Notes: generated from the sequence alone by a model not told the origin. A stretch of 64,000 bases of DNA from Phycisphaeraceae bacterium (GCA_040905565.1 JBBDRF010000092.1:64001-128000), one strand, 5' to 3'; numbered from the stretch's first letter, positions 38,760 to 48,870 are shown. Made by a program: numbers and translations.

Positions 38760-39346
38760 GACCAGAATAGTCCCATGAAACCAACAACTGTGAGCAGGAT
38801 GATGGCTCCGAAAGCCACCGTGACGAGCACGACGCGCGCGGTGCTGACCATCTCCCGGTACACCGCCGACGTCGCACGCAGGCGGAACATCCGGTAGTAG
38901 TTATAAAACGCCAGCGGAATCAGCACGGGGGCGGCCCAGAAAACAATAGAGCACAAGAGGTAGACAATGGCGGCGCGATCGGGCCTGGGGAGCGTGCGGT
39001 CGAACGCTTCGCTGAGCTGCTCTTTTCCCCCGGCTTCGAGGTACTGGGCGCTGTAGATCGCGTTGTTCAGATCGACGCTGCACAGTTGGCAGATGTAGTC
39101 ACCGCTTCCGGCACAGATGTTCACCGCCTGCTTGGCCGGATGGTGGATGCAGGCGGCTTCCTCGGGGAGCGCGGGGGCCGCTTCCTCGGCCTGTTTCGGT
39201 GCGGGATTGAACCGCTCGGCCCGAAGCTTCATCTTGCAGTCACGGCAGTACGTCGGCCGACCGCTCGGCACGCCGAGGCGCGTTTCGCAGCGTGGGCAGT
39301 TGATGACGACAGCATCGGCCTGGGTCGTTTGCGTACTCATGGGCAT
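38756..39346 (-). CDS. Zinc ribbon + B-box-like zinc finger membrane protein
   Basis: CPRC...CRDC, then CIHHP...CAGSGDYICQLC, followed by C-terminal TM helices. Confidence 0.78.
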   Translation of the reverse strand: MPMSTQTTQADAVVINCPRCETRLGVPSGRPTYCRDCKMKLRAERFNPAPKQAEEAAPALPEEAACIHHPAKQAVNICAGSGDYICQLCSVDLNNAIYSAQYLEAGGKEQLSEAFDRTLPRPDRAAIVYLLCSIVFWAAPVLIPLAFYNYYRMFRLRATSAVYREMVSTARVVLVTVAFGAIILLTVVGFMGLFWS

Positions 39347-40050
39347 CAGTCGCTTGTGACGACGCGGGTGCTGGCGAGCCGATCATGAATCGCCCGTTGC
39401 TGGGCCCGGTCGACGAGCGCCATGACAACGCTGACGATGAAGTACCCACTGGCGAGTACGCCCACCACAATATCCCAGGTCGGTGCAGCATCTGTGAAGA
39501 GGAAAACGGGGATAAGCGCGAGCAAACTCGGGCCGTGGTAGAGCAGCGATCGTATGAACGCGGTCTGCATAGAGATGGGCTGACCGTCGTCGCTGACGAC
39601 TTTGATCTTGCCCGCCATCTTCCCGAGCGTCTGCCCCCACTTGCCGTGGAAATAGGTTTGATAGGCGATGAAGGCAATATTAAGAGCTAGCGTCGTTATC
39701 CATATTCTCAGCATCAAATCAGCCATGACCGTGGAGTCGGGAGCGCGGAGTTCAGCTTGCGTTACGCCACCCATCGTGGAGACCCCCACCATCGCCCCCA
39801 CGATCCAATTAATAATGCCGAAGATCAGCCCATCGACGAACAGACAGGCGAAGCGTCGGAGGATGGTGGGCCGTTCCAGTTCGCCGGGCAGCAGTTCGCC
39901 GCTGCGAAGCTTCTCCATGAGCTCCGCTTTGCCCTCGGCACAGACGGTATAGCCCTGGATGGTGACGACTTCGTCGGGGCTGACCATGTTGCCGGTGATG
40001 TCGCAACGGACCAGGTCCGGCTGGTCGGTCGGTGGTTCGATAGAACTCAT
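39346..40050 (-). CDS. RDD family protein with degenerate N-terminal zinc finger
   Basis: RRFACLFVDG, GQTLGKM, QRAIHDRLASTRVV; N-terminal CDITG...VCAEG. Confidence 0.9.
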   Translation of the reverse strand: MSSIEPPTDQPDLVRCDITGNMVSPDEVVTIQGYTVCAEGKAELMEKLRSGELLPGELERPTILRRFACLFVDGLIFGIINWIVGAMVGVSTMGGVTQAELRAPDSTVMADLMLRIWITTLALNIAFIAYQTYFHGKWGQTLGKMAGKIKVVSDDGQPISMQTAFIRSLLYHGPSLLALIPVFLFTDAAPTWDIVVGVLASGYFIVSVVMALVDRAQQRAIHDRLASTRVVTSD

Positions 40051-40139
40051 GGGTGTTACCTCGGCTTTGAAAACGGAAGAGCGTGAAACAGCTGTTCAGT
40101 GTGGGAAGTATGCGCGATGGGGGGGCATGCGTCTAAACG

Positions 40140-40895
40140 TTATTTTCCGGTCGGCATCTGCTGCGTGTTCTGGATGACCAGTGCGAGGTTGACGATGGTC
40201 TGCTCGTCGCTGAGGTAGTCCAGATCGTCCGGCAGATTCAGGCGACGGCGCAGAATATCCGCAGCTTGTGCGAAGAGCTTTGAGCGGACGTCCGGATCGA
40301 AATGGTCCCGGCGAAGGGTCAGTTCGTAGATGAGGTCCCGCTCGTCGCGCGTGATGCGATTGGTGATGCGCTGGCGAAGGCTGGGATCGGTCTGGAAGGT
40401 GTTCAGCCGTTCCTGCTGTGTGGGCAGGGCGGTGGGGACGTGGGCGCGGACATCACGCACGACCATGGTCTCGGCGACCATATCCCCGAGCCGACGGCCG
40501 AGCGGATCCAGCCAGGCGACGATGCCGCCGAGCACCATCGGGTAGGGCAGTGAATCGACGGGTCTGAGGAGGTTTCGGATGAGGACATCGTTGAACTGGA
40601 GTTTGCCGCCGCGTGCACTGACAACGCGCAGGCCCATGAGGCGTTTGCCGGGCGATTGCCCTGCCCAGCGTAATTCGCAATACAGGTAGTAGCCGAAGTC
40701 CATCACGAAGATGAGGGCGAAGATGGCGGCCAGGCCGAGTTCGCCGCCGCCGCTGGCGAATGCCCAGACGATCAACAGACGCAACACAAGGAGGATGGCC
40801 TGGTCGGCGGTCCATGCGACGGCGCGCGTCGCCAGGCCGGCCGCGGTGTAGCGGAAGCGGACCTGCTCGGGCGTGACGATGGTGTGGTATCGCAC
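40140..40895 (-). CDS. RDD family protein (MoxR-cluster type)
   Basis: TPEQV...AGLATRAVAWTAD, GQSPGKR, RNLLRPVD, RRLGDMVAET; GTG start 6 nt after TATCAT. Confidence 0.92.
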   Translation of the reverse strand: MRYHTIVTPEQVRFRYTAAGLATRAVAWTADQAILLVLRLLIVWAFASGGGELGLAAIFALIFVMDFGYYLYCELRWAGQSPGKRLMGLRVVSARGGKLQFNDVLIRNLLRPVDSLPYPMVLGGIVAWLDPLGRRLGDMVAETMVVRDVRAHVPTALPTQQERLNTFQTDPSLRQRITNRITRDERDLIYELTLRRDHFDPDVRSKLFAQAADILRRRLNLPDDLDYLSDEQTIVNLALVIQNTQQMPTGK

Positions 40896-41003
40896 GCCGA
40901 CATGATACCAGCCCACGACGGAGCGGTGGGGCGGTTGCAGGCTGGCAGATATGCGATCGCTGCGGCGCTTGTTTTGCGGGGGTCAGGGTGTCACAATTCG
41001 CCG

Positions 41004-42026
41004 GTGCAGATCAATCAGCTTATCCAGTCGCGTCGTGGTCGATGGCAGCAGCTTGCCCGGTTGCTGGATCGTGTGGACGCGGGCGGGCTTGAGTCGCTGG
41101 ATGCGTCAGAGTGTGAGGAACTGTTCGCCCTGTATCGGCTGGTTTCGAGCGATCTAAACCTGATCCAGACGCGGACAGCGAACCCGGCGATGACCGAATA
41201 CCTCGAAGGTCTGGTCGCTAGGGCCTACGCCTGCGTCTGCGTGCCGAAGCAGGGCAACGCGTTCGTCGCGTGGTGGCGCATCATGCGTCATCGCTTCCCC
41301 GCGACGGTTCGGGCGGAGTGGCGGCTGGTGGCCATGGCGGCACTGGCCATGACGGCGGGGATTATCTTCGGGTTCATCTGGACCGTTGTTGAGCCGGAGA
41401 CGGTGGAGATATTCGTCAGCCCATTCCCCGGCCATCTCACGCAGACGCCCTCGGAGCGTGTGGCGGAGCTTGAGGAACTGGAGCGATCGGGTGAGGCAGC
41501 GATTGGCTCGGCCGGCGAACATGCTGCGTTTTCGAGCATGCTTTTTACGCACAACATCCGCGTCACGGTGCTGGGTTTTGCGCTGGGGCTGACGTTCGGC
41601 ATGGGCACGATCGTGATGCTGTTTTTCAACGGCACCATCCTGGGTTCGCTGGGGGCGTGGTATCTCGAAGATGGGGTGGGCACGTTTTTCGTGGCGTGGG
41701 TGGGGCCGCATGGATCGGTTGAGTTGCCCTGCATCGTGCTCGGCTGTGCCGCGGGGCTGATTCTGGCGCGGGCGCAGCTGCAACGTGACGGCGGATCACT
41801 GGCGACGCGGCTCCGCCGCCGGCGCGGGGCGCTGGTGAACCTGCTGATCGGCACGGCGACGCTGCTGGTGATCGCGGGCATCGTGGAAGGCGGCTTCAGC
41901 CAGATCAACGAGCCGACGCTGCCGTACTGGCTGAAGATCGCAGTGGCGGGGTGCCTGTTCGCGATGCTCCTGCTGTACCTCTTCGTGATGCCCGTGCGTG
42001 ATGACACCGACATGCAGGCGGCCTGA
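41004..42026 (+). CDS. Stage II sporulation protein M-like (DUF95) membrane protein
   Basis: LYR..SSDL, FTHNIRV, FFNG, PHGSVEL, AGIVEG; GTG start after extended -10 TGtCACAAT. Confidence 0.92.
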   Translation: MQINQLIQSRRGRWQQLARLLDRVDAGGLESLDASECEELFALYRLVSSDLNLIQTRTANPAMTEYLEGLVARAYACVCVPKQGNAFVAWWRIMRHRFPATVRAEWRLVAMAALAMTAGIIFGFIWTVVEPETVEIFVSPFPGHLTQTPSERVAELEELERSGEAAIGSAGEHAAFSSMLFTHNIRVTVLGFALGLTFGMGTIVMLFFNGTILGSLGAWYLEDGVGTFFVAWVGPHGSVELPCIVLGCAAGLILARAQLQRDGGSLATRLRRRRGALVNLLIGTATLLVIAGIVEGGFSQINEPTLPYWLKIAVAGCLFAMLLLYLFVMPVRDDTDMQAA

Positions 42027-42029
42027 AAG

Positions 42030-43340
42030 CTACACAAGCTGCCGCATTTTCACATCGAGGTAGGTGTTGATCACCTGCATGGTGATGTGCTGGGCGTCGG
42101 CTTCGAGGACCATCATCCCGGCGTTGCGGAGGGATGCGACGCGAGCGGCCCGCTCATTGCTCAGCTTCCGCGCGGCGAGCACCTCGTGCATGGCCTCGGC
42201 GTCCGTGGCGGGGCCGGCGGCCACCGTCTCCAGCATCGCATCACGCAAACTGACCACGACCACCACGTGCCGCCGCCCGGCGAGCGGCAGCACCTCGGCG
42301 AGATCCGATGCCAGCTGCGGATCGTTCAGATCGGTGAACAGAAACAGCAGACTCCGGCGACGATGTCCCGCCCGCAGAGCCGACACGAGCGCGGCATATG
42401 ACGGGAACACCGCCTCAGCTTCAACGTCGACCAACTCCTCAACGACCCGTCGCGTGGCCGCTGCGCCCGAGGCCGGCCTGATGAAGCGGCGCACCGCATC
42501 ATCGAAGGTTGCCAGCCCGACGCGGTCGCCCTGATCGGCGCAGCAGTTGGCGAGCATGATCGCAGCGTCGACGGCGTAATCCAGCGCGGTGGCGTCGCCA
42601 ACGGGGTTGCCCATCATGCGGCCGGTGTCCAGACAGAGCATCACGTTCTGACTGCGCTCGTGCACGAACGTATTGGTCACCGGCTCGCGACGGCGGGCGG
42701 TGGCCTTCCAGTTGATGTCGCGGTAGTCGTCGTCGCGCTCATACTCGCGCAGGCGTTCAAACTCACGGCCTGCGCCGACGCGCCGAACCCGATGGATGCC
42801 GATCTGTGCGAGCGCCCGGTTATGCCGCAGTATCTCGTAAGCGTTGATCTGGGCCATGTCGGGATAAACGGTGAGATGGGCCGAAGCATCGGGCGTCAGC
42901 TGTCGGCGGGCGAAGTCGCCATGCGTGCGGACCTGAACATGGGCGGGGGGAAACGCGATGCGTCCGCGACGGTGGGGGGTGACCTCCACACCAAGCGTCA
43001 CCATCTCGCCCGCCTGGACGGTCGTCGACGCATGCTCATTCTCGCTGCTGCAGCGGGGGGGCATCGGCTGATGAATGTGCACGTCAAGCGGCGTCCGCGA
43101 GCGATTGGTGATGCGGTAGCCGAGCGTGGTGGCGTGGCCGACCTGCGAACGGCTGCTGTGCTCCAGTTCGATCTTCACCGCAGCACGCCGCAGGCGTCGG
43201 CCTTCCGTGGCGAACAATAGCAACAGCGCCACGTTCAGCGCCAGCACGGCCCATAGGATCGCGGGATCGACCAGCACGCCGAGGCAGACGATCGCCAGCA
43301 CGGCAAAGCCGAACACGGTGCTGCGGCCCGGCACAATCAT
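42030..43340 (-). CDS. DUF58 (vWA-like) membrane-anchored protein
   Basis: REFERLREY, INWKATAR, LDTGRMM, GDRVGL, FTDL. Confidence 0.93.
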   Translation of the reverse strand: MIVPGRSTVFGFAVLAIVCLGVLVDPAILWAVLALNVALLLLFATEGRRLRRAAVKIELEHSSRSQVGHATTLGYRITNRSRTPLDVHIHQPMPPRCSSENEHASTTVQAGEMVTLGVEVTPHRRGRIAFPPAHVQVRTHGDFARRQLTPDASAHLTVYPDMAQINAYEILRHNRALAQIGIHRVRRVGAGREFERLREYERDDDYRDINWKATARRREPVTNTFVHERSQNVMLCLDTGRMMGNPVGDATALDYAVDAAIMLANCCADQGDRVGLATFDDAVRRFIRPASGAAATRRVVEELVDVEAEAVFPSYAALVSALRAGHRRRSLLFLFTDLNDPQLASDLAEVLPLAGRRHVVVVVSLRDAMLETVAAGPATDAEAMHEVLAARKLSNERAARVASLRNAGMMVLEADAQHITMQVINTYLDVKMRQLV

Positions 43341-44326
43341 CGGGGCACTTCCTGCGCATCAAGGAGGTCACGAAGCACTTCACGCACCGAAGCGCCTCCG
43401 ATTTCCGACTCGGCTGTGAGCGTGATGCGATGGCCCAGCACGGGCTCGACCATTTCAACCACGTCGTCAGGTGTCACATAATCACGCCCGGCGACCAAGG
43501 CGCGGGCCTTGGCGACGGTGAGCAGGGCGATCGAGCCGCGCGGCCCGGCACCGACGAGGATGGCTTCGTGATTTCGTGTCGCCCGGCAGAGCTTGAGCAC
43601 GTAATCCATGATGGCCGGCTCGATCTGCACCTGCGTCATCGACTGACGCATTGCCGCGAGATCGTCCGCATCGCACACCGACTCGATGGTGCCCGGTTGG
43701 AGGGCGTCGGGCGGGTCGCCGCGATGGAACGCTTCCAGCAGCTCGCGCTCGGCGACCTCGGCTGGATAGTCGATCCTGATCTTCAGCAGAAAGCGATCCT
43801 GCTGGGCCTCGGGCAGTGGGTAGGTGCCTTCGTACTCGATCGGATTTTGCGTGGCGAAGACGGTGAAGAACGGCGAGAGCTGATGTGTCACGCCGTCGAT
43901 GGTGCAGCGGCGTTCGGCCATCGCTTCGAGTAGCGCGGACTGCGTCTTGGCGGGGGCGCGGTTGATCTCGTCAGCGAGCAGCAGGTCGGTGAAGACCGGC
44001 CCGCGATGAAGGTCAAACGTGTTGGCCTGGAGGTTGAACACGTTCGTGCCGACGATGTCCGAAGGCATCAGGTCGGGCGTGAACTGGACGCGTTTTGCGT
44101 CACATGAGAGCGCCAGCGCCATGGCACGCACCGCCAGCGTTTTCGCGGTGCCGGGGACGCCTTCGAGCAGGGCATGGCCGCTGCTGAGCAGTGCGATGAT
44201 CATCTGGTCGAGCACGGCGTCCTGACCGATCACGACTTTCCGCAGCTCCTGTTGAAGCTGCTTGATGCGTGAAGCGGTGTCGTCCAGCGTGCCGGCTTCT
44301 GTTGTGGGGTCTGAGTCTAATGTCAC
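43337..44326 (-). CDS. moxR: MoxR family AAA+ ATPase
   Basis: [59 protein letters not shown]. Confidence 0.97.
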   Translation of the reverse strand: MTLDSDPTTEAGTLDDTASRIKQLQQELRKVVIGQDAVLDQMIIALLSSGHALLEGVPGTAKTLAVRAMALALSCDAKRVQFTPDLMPSDIVGTNVFNLQANTFDLHRGPVFTDLLLADEINRAPAKTQSALLEAMAERRCTIDGVTHQLSPFFTVFATQNPIEYEGTYPLPEAQQDRFLLKIRIDYPAEVAERELLEAFHRGDPPDALQPGTIESVCDADDLAAMRQSMTQVQIEPAIMDYVLKLCRATRNHEAILVGAGPRGSIALLTVAKARALVAGRDYVTPDDVVEMVEPVLGHRITLTAESEIGGASVREVLRDLLDAQEVPR

Positions 44327-45525
44327 TTTTCAAGCGCCTTCACCAGGGAATAAGAACGGTCAAGCATCGCAGCGTATGCCTCATTGCGACGCGGTTTTTG
44401 TTCGCCAGCCAGCTGTTCCAGGTCGGTCAAAAGCTGCTGCACCGCTGCTGCGTGTGTTTCGGGTAATCGTTTCGCACGCTGGGCGATGGCAGAGGGTTTG
44501 CATCGAAGCGCGCCAGCGAGGCGTGCATAGACCTCGGCGACGACGCGCCGGCTCACCTCGTCAGGCGACAGGGATTGGCGGTAGAGGTAGCCGAGCGTGT
44601 GGATTTGTTCGACGCTGGATCGGGCCTGCGTGATCGGCGGATCGGGTTCACTGCGTTGGCGACGCGTGCTCCAGTGGTAGATGCCGAGCGCCAGGATCGC
44701 CTGGAGGAGGACGGGCGTCAGGCCGGCACGGGAGATGAGTTCGAGCATGGTGTGATGCTGCCCGACGCCGAGCGACCACTCATCGAAGAGCACCGGCCCG
44801 TCACCGAGCAGTTCGAGTAGCAGCTCGACATTATCCCCGCGAAGCAGCCCGCTATTTGAAGCGGGGGTCGGCGCGCCGATGATGACCAGCCGCCCTGCTC
44901 CGACGCCCATCTCGGCAGCAACGATACGAGGCCCATCTTTCGCAAGCGGACGCCAGCGCGGGGCTGGCTCGCTGCCCAGCGCCTGGGGCAGAAGCAGTCC
45001 CCAATGCCTGTCGGCGTCGACTTCGGATGCCGCGGTGACCAGGGGATACATCGCGGAGAGGTCGTCCGGGTCGGCGCCCTGCCGCTGGAGAACTTCGAGG
45101 TCTTTAGCGGCTGCGGTTTCGATGGAAGCGTTCTCCTTCGGCACGCCGACCTCTTCCATGAGCCTGCTGTACTGCCGCGTGAACTGAATGACGGTGTTGC
45201 CGTCGTGCATCCAGTCGATCAGTTGCGAGGAGCCGTAGACGACGGAAGTAGGGCCGGCGGTGTCGGACCTCCGACTCGGCAGGACCTGCACAAGCGTGCC
45301 GTGATGGTCGGCCGAGAGGCGCGGGCGGGTGATGCGGTCGACCGGCAGACCTCGCATCTCGAGCAGATCGAAGAGGGCGGCCGTGCCGTGCGGATCATGG
45401 CGATAGCTTGAGTACAGCGGCGCGGTCTGGCCGCCCCGGCTGGTCCACGAGGCAAGCTGATAAAACGCCTGCCCGACGATCAGCATGGCGACGAGGCAGC
45501 CTCCAATAACCCACCATCGGCTCAT
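44323..45525 (-). CDS. DUF4350-like membrane protein
   Basis: N-terminal TM, YSSYRHDPHGTAAL, GAGRLVII...SN, VLFDE then TM; directly upstream of moxR. Confidence 0.82.
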   Translation of the reverse strand: MSRWWVIGGCLVAMLIVGQAFYQLASWTSRGGQTAPLYSSYRHDPHGTAALFDLLEMRGLPVDRITRPRLSADHHGTLVQVLPSRRSDTAGPTSVVYGSSQLIDWMHDGNTVIQFTRQYSRLMEEVGVPKENASIETAAAKDLEVLQRQGADPDDLSAMYPLVTAASEVDADRHWGLLLPQALGSEPAPRWRPLAKDGPRIVAAEMGVGAGRLVIIGAPTPASNSGLLRGDNVELLLELLGDGPVLFDEWSLGVGQHHTMLELISRAGLTPVLLQAILALGIYHWSTRRQRSEPDPPITQARSSVEQIHTLGYLYRQSLSPDEVSRRVVAEVYARLAGALRCKPSAIAQRAKRLPETHAAAVQQLLTDLEQLAGEQKPRRNEAYAAMLDRSYSLVKALEK

Positions 45526-46310
45526 GATGCGCCTCCTGCGTCCTCGATCAGCATCGCCACGTCGCGCTCGACCTGCTGGACGTCGGCTGCGGCGGCAATG
45601 TGGTGGCCGTACCAGACCTCGTCGAACGTGGTGGTGAGACGATGGAACACGGCCCGCTCATCCTCCGGCCCGCGATAGTGGCGGACGTAGGTCCAGTTGG
45701 TGCGGTTCGTGCGGTAGTTGATTTTTTGTTCTTTGTGCAGCCCCGACAGCAGCGCCAGGTAGAGCGCCCGGTACATCGCACGCAGGTCACGATCCTGCTG
45801 AAGCCGACGGGCCTCCTGTAGCCACTCGGGGGCATCGAGCGCGAGCGCTTCGCCTGCATCGAGTGCTTCACGCACCCGTTCGCGAGAAAGCACCCGCGCC
45901 CCTTCGTCATGCTTTTCGCGATCGCGCAGCGTCCGGATGACGACGAAACAGAGGAAGGCCACCGCCAGTCCGACCACCACCCAGCCGAGCACGCGCAACC
46001 CGCTGAGCAGTGCACCGGAACTTCCCCCGGCGGTCGGCTCCGCGCGCTCTGATCTCGATCGATCGAACCACGCATCGATCTGATCCTTCATCCATTGTCG
46101 CCACGCCGCGAACATCTCGCCGATGGCAGAGTCTGAATCGTGATCGGCGCGTTGTTGGCGGAGTTGCCATCGCTGATAGGTGTCGCCGCTGAGGATCTGT
46201 TCGACCTGCTCACGTGGTTGACCGGGCGTCGGGGAGGGCGCATCGGCAGCGGCCGCGACCTGGGCCGCCAGCAATAGCATCATCACCCCGAGCAGTCGGC
46301 AGGCAGTCAC
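45522..46310 (-). CDS. DUF4129 domain membrane protein
   Basis: Signal/TM, RAMYRALYLALL, RTNWTY, FDEVWYG; GTG start overlaps the upstream stop. Confidence 0.85.
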   Translation of the reverse strand: MTACRLLGVMMLLLAAQVAAAADAPSPTPGQPREQVEQILSGDTYQRWQLRQQRADHDSDSAIGEMFAAWRQWMKDQIDAWFDRSRSERAEPTAGGSSGALLSGLRVLGWVVVGLAVAFLCFVVIRTLRDREKHDEGARVLSRERVREALDAGEALALDAPEWLQEARRLQQDRDLRAMYRALYLALLSGLHKEQKINYRTNRTNWTYVRHYRGPEDERAVFHRLTTTFDEVWYGHHIAAAADVQQVERDVAMLIEDAGGAS

Positions 46311-47110
46311 GTGGTGGCCAGCTCCTGTAAGCGGGCTCGCAGGTCCGTGCCGAGCCTTGAGGATCGCAGGTCGTAGAACACCATCACCGAGGCCACGGTC
46401 CAGAACAGGTCGAAGGCGAGGAACACGAAGTAACCGATCGCCAGCCACCAGCCGGCCCCGCTGACCGTCAGTTGCAGTTCGGTGACGTCGATCCCGAGCA
46501 GGCTGGGCAGCACCGTCCCCAGGAAAAGCGTGTGCATCCCCAGCACCGCCAGGCACACGAGCAGCAGCAACAATAGTAGGATGCTGGTCGTCCGCGCCAG
46601 CCGCGTCAGGCCATGCTGCATCCACTGCCAGGTGCGGGCGAACTTGCGGGTGCTTCTGCCGTGCTCCTCGAGCATCATGGGGGCGGCAAAACCCGCGAGC
46701 CAGAACCCCAGCAAAGCGGGAATAATCAGCAGCGACCCCCACGTGATCATGAAGTTCGCCAATGCCCGAACGACGATGATCGGAAGAATGCTGCCTCGAA
46801 GCTGGGGAGGGGCTTCGCGGCGGAGGTCCGCCTGGATGCGACGTTGGATCATCGCCTGGCCGACCCACCGCCACACCGTCGCCGCCACCAGAAGCACGCA
46901 GACCGCGGGCAGCGCCGAGCGCCGCTGTGCTGTGACCACGTCCACCAGCCAGAGCATCGCCCCGGTCATTGGGAGGATCGCCAGAAGGTAGATTCCCAGG
47001 ACCCGCTCGGGGTACCGGCGTAGATATTCGAGCGTGAGATCCAGCGGGACCGTCGCCGCTCCGCCGCTGCCGAGTTCCGACGCAATTTCCGGTTCGCGCG
47101 TCGCCCCCAT
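46307..47110 (-). CDS. Multi-pass membrane protein of the MoxR cluster
   Basis: About 6 TM helices; C-terminal FYDLRSSRLGTDL (YxDxRxRxEGxDL-like). Confidence 0.8.
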   Translation of the reverse strand: MGATREPEIASELGSGGAATVPLDLTLEYLRRYPERVLGIYLLAILPMTGAMLWLVDVVTAQRRSALPAVCVLLVAATVWRWVGQAMIQRRIQADLRREAPPQLRGSILPIIVVRALANFMITWGSLLIIPALLGFWLAGFAAPMMLEEHGRSTRKFARTWQWMQHGLTRLARTTSILLLLLLLVCLAVLGMHTLFLGTVLPSLLGIDVTELQLTVSGAGWWLAIGYFVFLAFDLFWTVASVMVFYDLRSSRLGTDLRARLQELATT

Positions 47111-47403
47111 CAGCCGCTCCCCACCAGATCGATCACGAATTGAAAGCTCAGCAGGTACGACAGGTACATCATGAACAGCAGCGCCGGCGTCGCAAGCGTC
47201 GCGGCAACCGCGACGAAACTGCCACCTTCGCCGGCCGCGTCTTTTGCACGCCGCTCGTGCAGGAGACGCAAGCCCTCACGGCTGTAGTTCACGCCCTCGT
47301 ATCGCGTCGAGCATTCGGCACAAATCGGCTGCTTGGTGATGACACACTGGCCGATGGCGGCCCGGTCAGGATGGCTGCTGCATGTCCGCCGAACGATGCC
47401 CAT
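47110..47403 (-). CDS. Small B-box-like zinc finger protein with C-terminal TM
   Basis: CSSHPDRAAIGQCVITKQPICAEC plus hydrophobic tail; coupled to the next gene. Confidence 0.75.
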   Translation of the reverse strand: MGIVRRTCSSHPDRAAIGQCVITKQPICAECSTRYEGVNYSREGLRLLHERRAKDAAGEGGSFVAVAATLATPALLFMMYLSYLLSFQFVIDLVGSG

Positions 47404-47473
47404 AGGTCCGCAAGTCTACCCGACCGCGCGTGGCCGTGTCGATCAGCGCTTCACATTTGGGAGGGCCCGGGGC

Positions 47474-48814
47474 TTACGCGCTCTGCCAGACTTCGAAGCG
47501 AGCCTTGCCCGCGTGCTTCGCACGGTACAGGGCCTTGTCGGCTTCCTGCAGCAGGCGTTCACCCGTTTCCGACCCCGTCTGTTTGCGTGACGCAATGCCG
47601 ATGCTCATTGAAGGCATTGCCGCGATGGTGGCCTCATCGAAACGCTCGGCGCAAAGCTCGTGGAAGGTCTGCAGCAGGCGCTCGCTTACGGGGATGGCGT
47701 CTTCGGGGCCGGTCGCGGTCATAAGGAGGACGAACTCGTCGCCGCCGAGCCTTGCGACCAGATCGCTGGAACGGCGGACGGCCCGGAACGCCTCGCCGGC
47801 CAGCTTCAGAAGTTCGTCGCCGGAGCCGTGGCCGAGTGTGTCGTTGATGGTCTTCAGGCCGTCGAGATCGATCGCCAGACAAACGAGGTCGGCGTCGCTG
47901 CGCGTCGAGGCGGCGAACATCATCTCCATGCCGTTGGCGAGGGCACGGCGGTTGGGCAGGCCGGTGAGCACATCAGAGGTGGCCATCTTTTCCAGTTGCT
48001 CCGCAGCCTGCCGAAGGTCTTCCGTGCGTGATGCGATGCGACGTTCGAGATCTTGGTTGATCTCCAGCAGGGCCCGTCGGTTCGCCAGTAGCTGGCCCGC
48101 CATATCGTTGAAGGCGATGGCGAGGTAGGCGATTTCGTTGTCGCCGCCCACGGGCAAAGGCTTGGGATCAGCGCCTTCGGCGAGCCGGCGGATGGCTTGA
48201 TGGAGATGGGCGAGCCCGACCGTCCACCGCCGAAGCTTGGCGTAAGCGATCGGCAGGAGGACGAGTGCCGCGATCAGCAGCCCCGCCGCCATGCCCGCCG
48301 CGCCGTCGAACATCGCACGCCGACTGCCCAGGTCGTCCACCGCAAGCAGCAGCGTCTGACCATCGCCCGATTCGAGCGGCTGCCGAAACACGATGCGGTT
48401 GTGCAGGGTTTGAATCTGCGTGTCCCGATCATCCTCAATGAGCGTTTGCGCCCAGTCGGGCAGCGGTTCGTCGCTTGCCAGCAGGGCGCCCTCGGCATCG
48501 ACCACGTCTGCGAATGCGATGCCCTGCACGTCTCTCAGGCGATCGAGCACGTCGGCTGTGTTGCCCTGTCCCGCTGCCCGGGTCGCCGTTTCGATCTGAC
48601 CCGCTGCCATCGTCGCCATGGCCGCTGCATGATCGAGCCGCCCCGATGCGCGCCAGGGCCCCTGCAACAACATCAGCACGAGCAGCGCCACGCCGGCCTG
48701 GCACAGGGCGATCGCGATCATCCATCGCCACAGGATATGGTGCATCCGCTGCCTTGGCACGAACGCCAGCGACACCCCCTGTTTGTCGTCCCAATCGATC
48801 GCGTCTGGTCGCAT
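47474..48814 (-). CDS. Membrane diguanylate cyclase (2 TM, periplasmic sensor, HAMP, GGDEF)
   Basis: Two TM helices, HAMP NEIAYLAIAFNDMA, DVLTGLPNRR, RSSD I-site, intact GGDEF. Confidence 0.94.
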   Translation of the reverse strand: MRPDAIDWDDKQGVSLAFVPRQRMHHILWRWMIAIALCQAGVALLVLMLLQGPWRASGRLDHAAAMATMAAGQIETATRAAGQGNTADVLDRLRDVQGIAFADVVDAEGALLASDEPLPDWAQTLIEDDRDTQIQTLHNRIVFRQPLESGDGQTLLLAVDDLGSRRAMFDGAAGMAAGLLIAALVLLPIAYAKLRRWTVGLAHLHQAIRRLAEGADPKPLPVGGDNEIAYLAIAFNDMAGQLLANRRALLEINQDLERRIASRTEDLRQAAEQLEKMATSDVLTGLPNRRALANGMEMMFAASTRSDADLVCLAIDLDGLKTINDTLGHGSGDELLKLAGEAFRAVRRSSDLVARLGGDEFVLLMTATGPEDAIPVSERLLQTFHELCAERFDEATIAAMPSMSIGIASRKQTGSETGERLLQEADKALYRAKHAGKARFEVWQSA

Positions 48815-48870
48815 CAATCTCGCTGCCTTCTGGTGATGATCCGTCTCTCGGGGTTAAGGGCCAGGTTCGT

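Noticed and set aside
46311..46874. N-terminal extension of the 450-aa ORF 45522..46874
   Set aside because: It overlaps the real membrane-protein gene in another frame; the GTG at 46310 coupled to the upstream stop is the better start.
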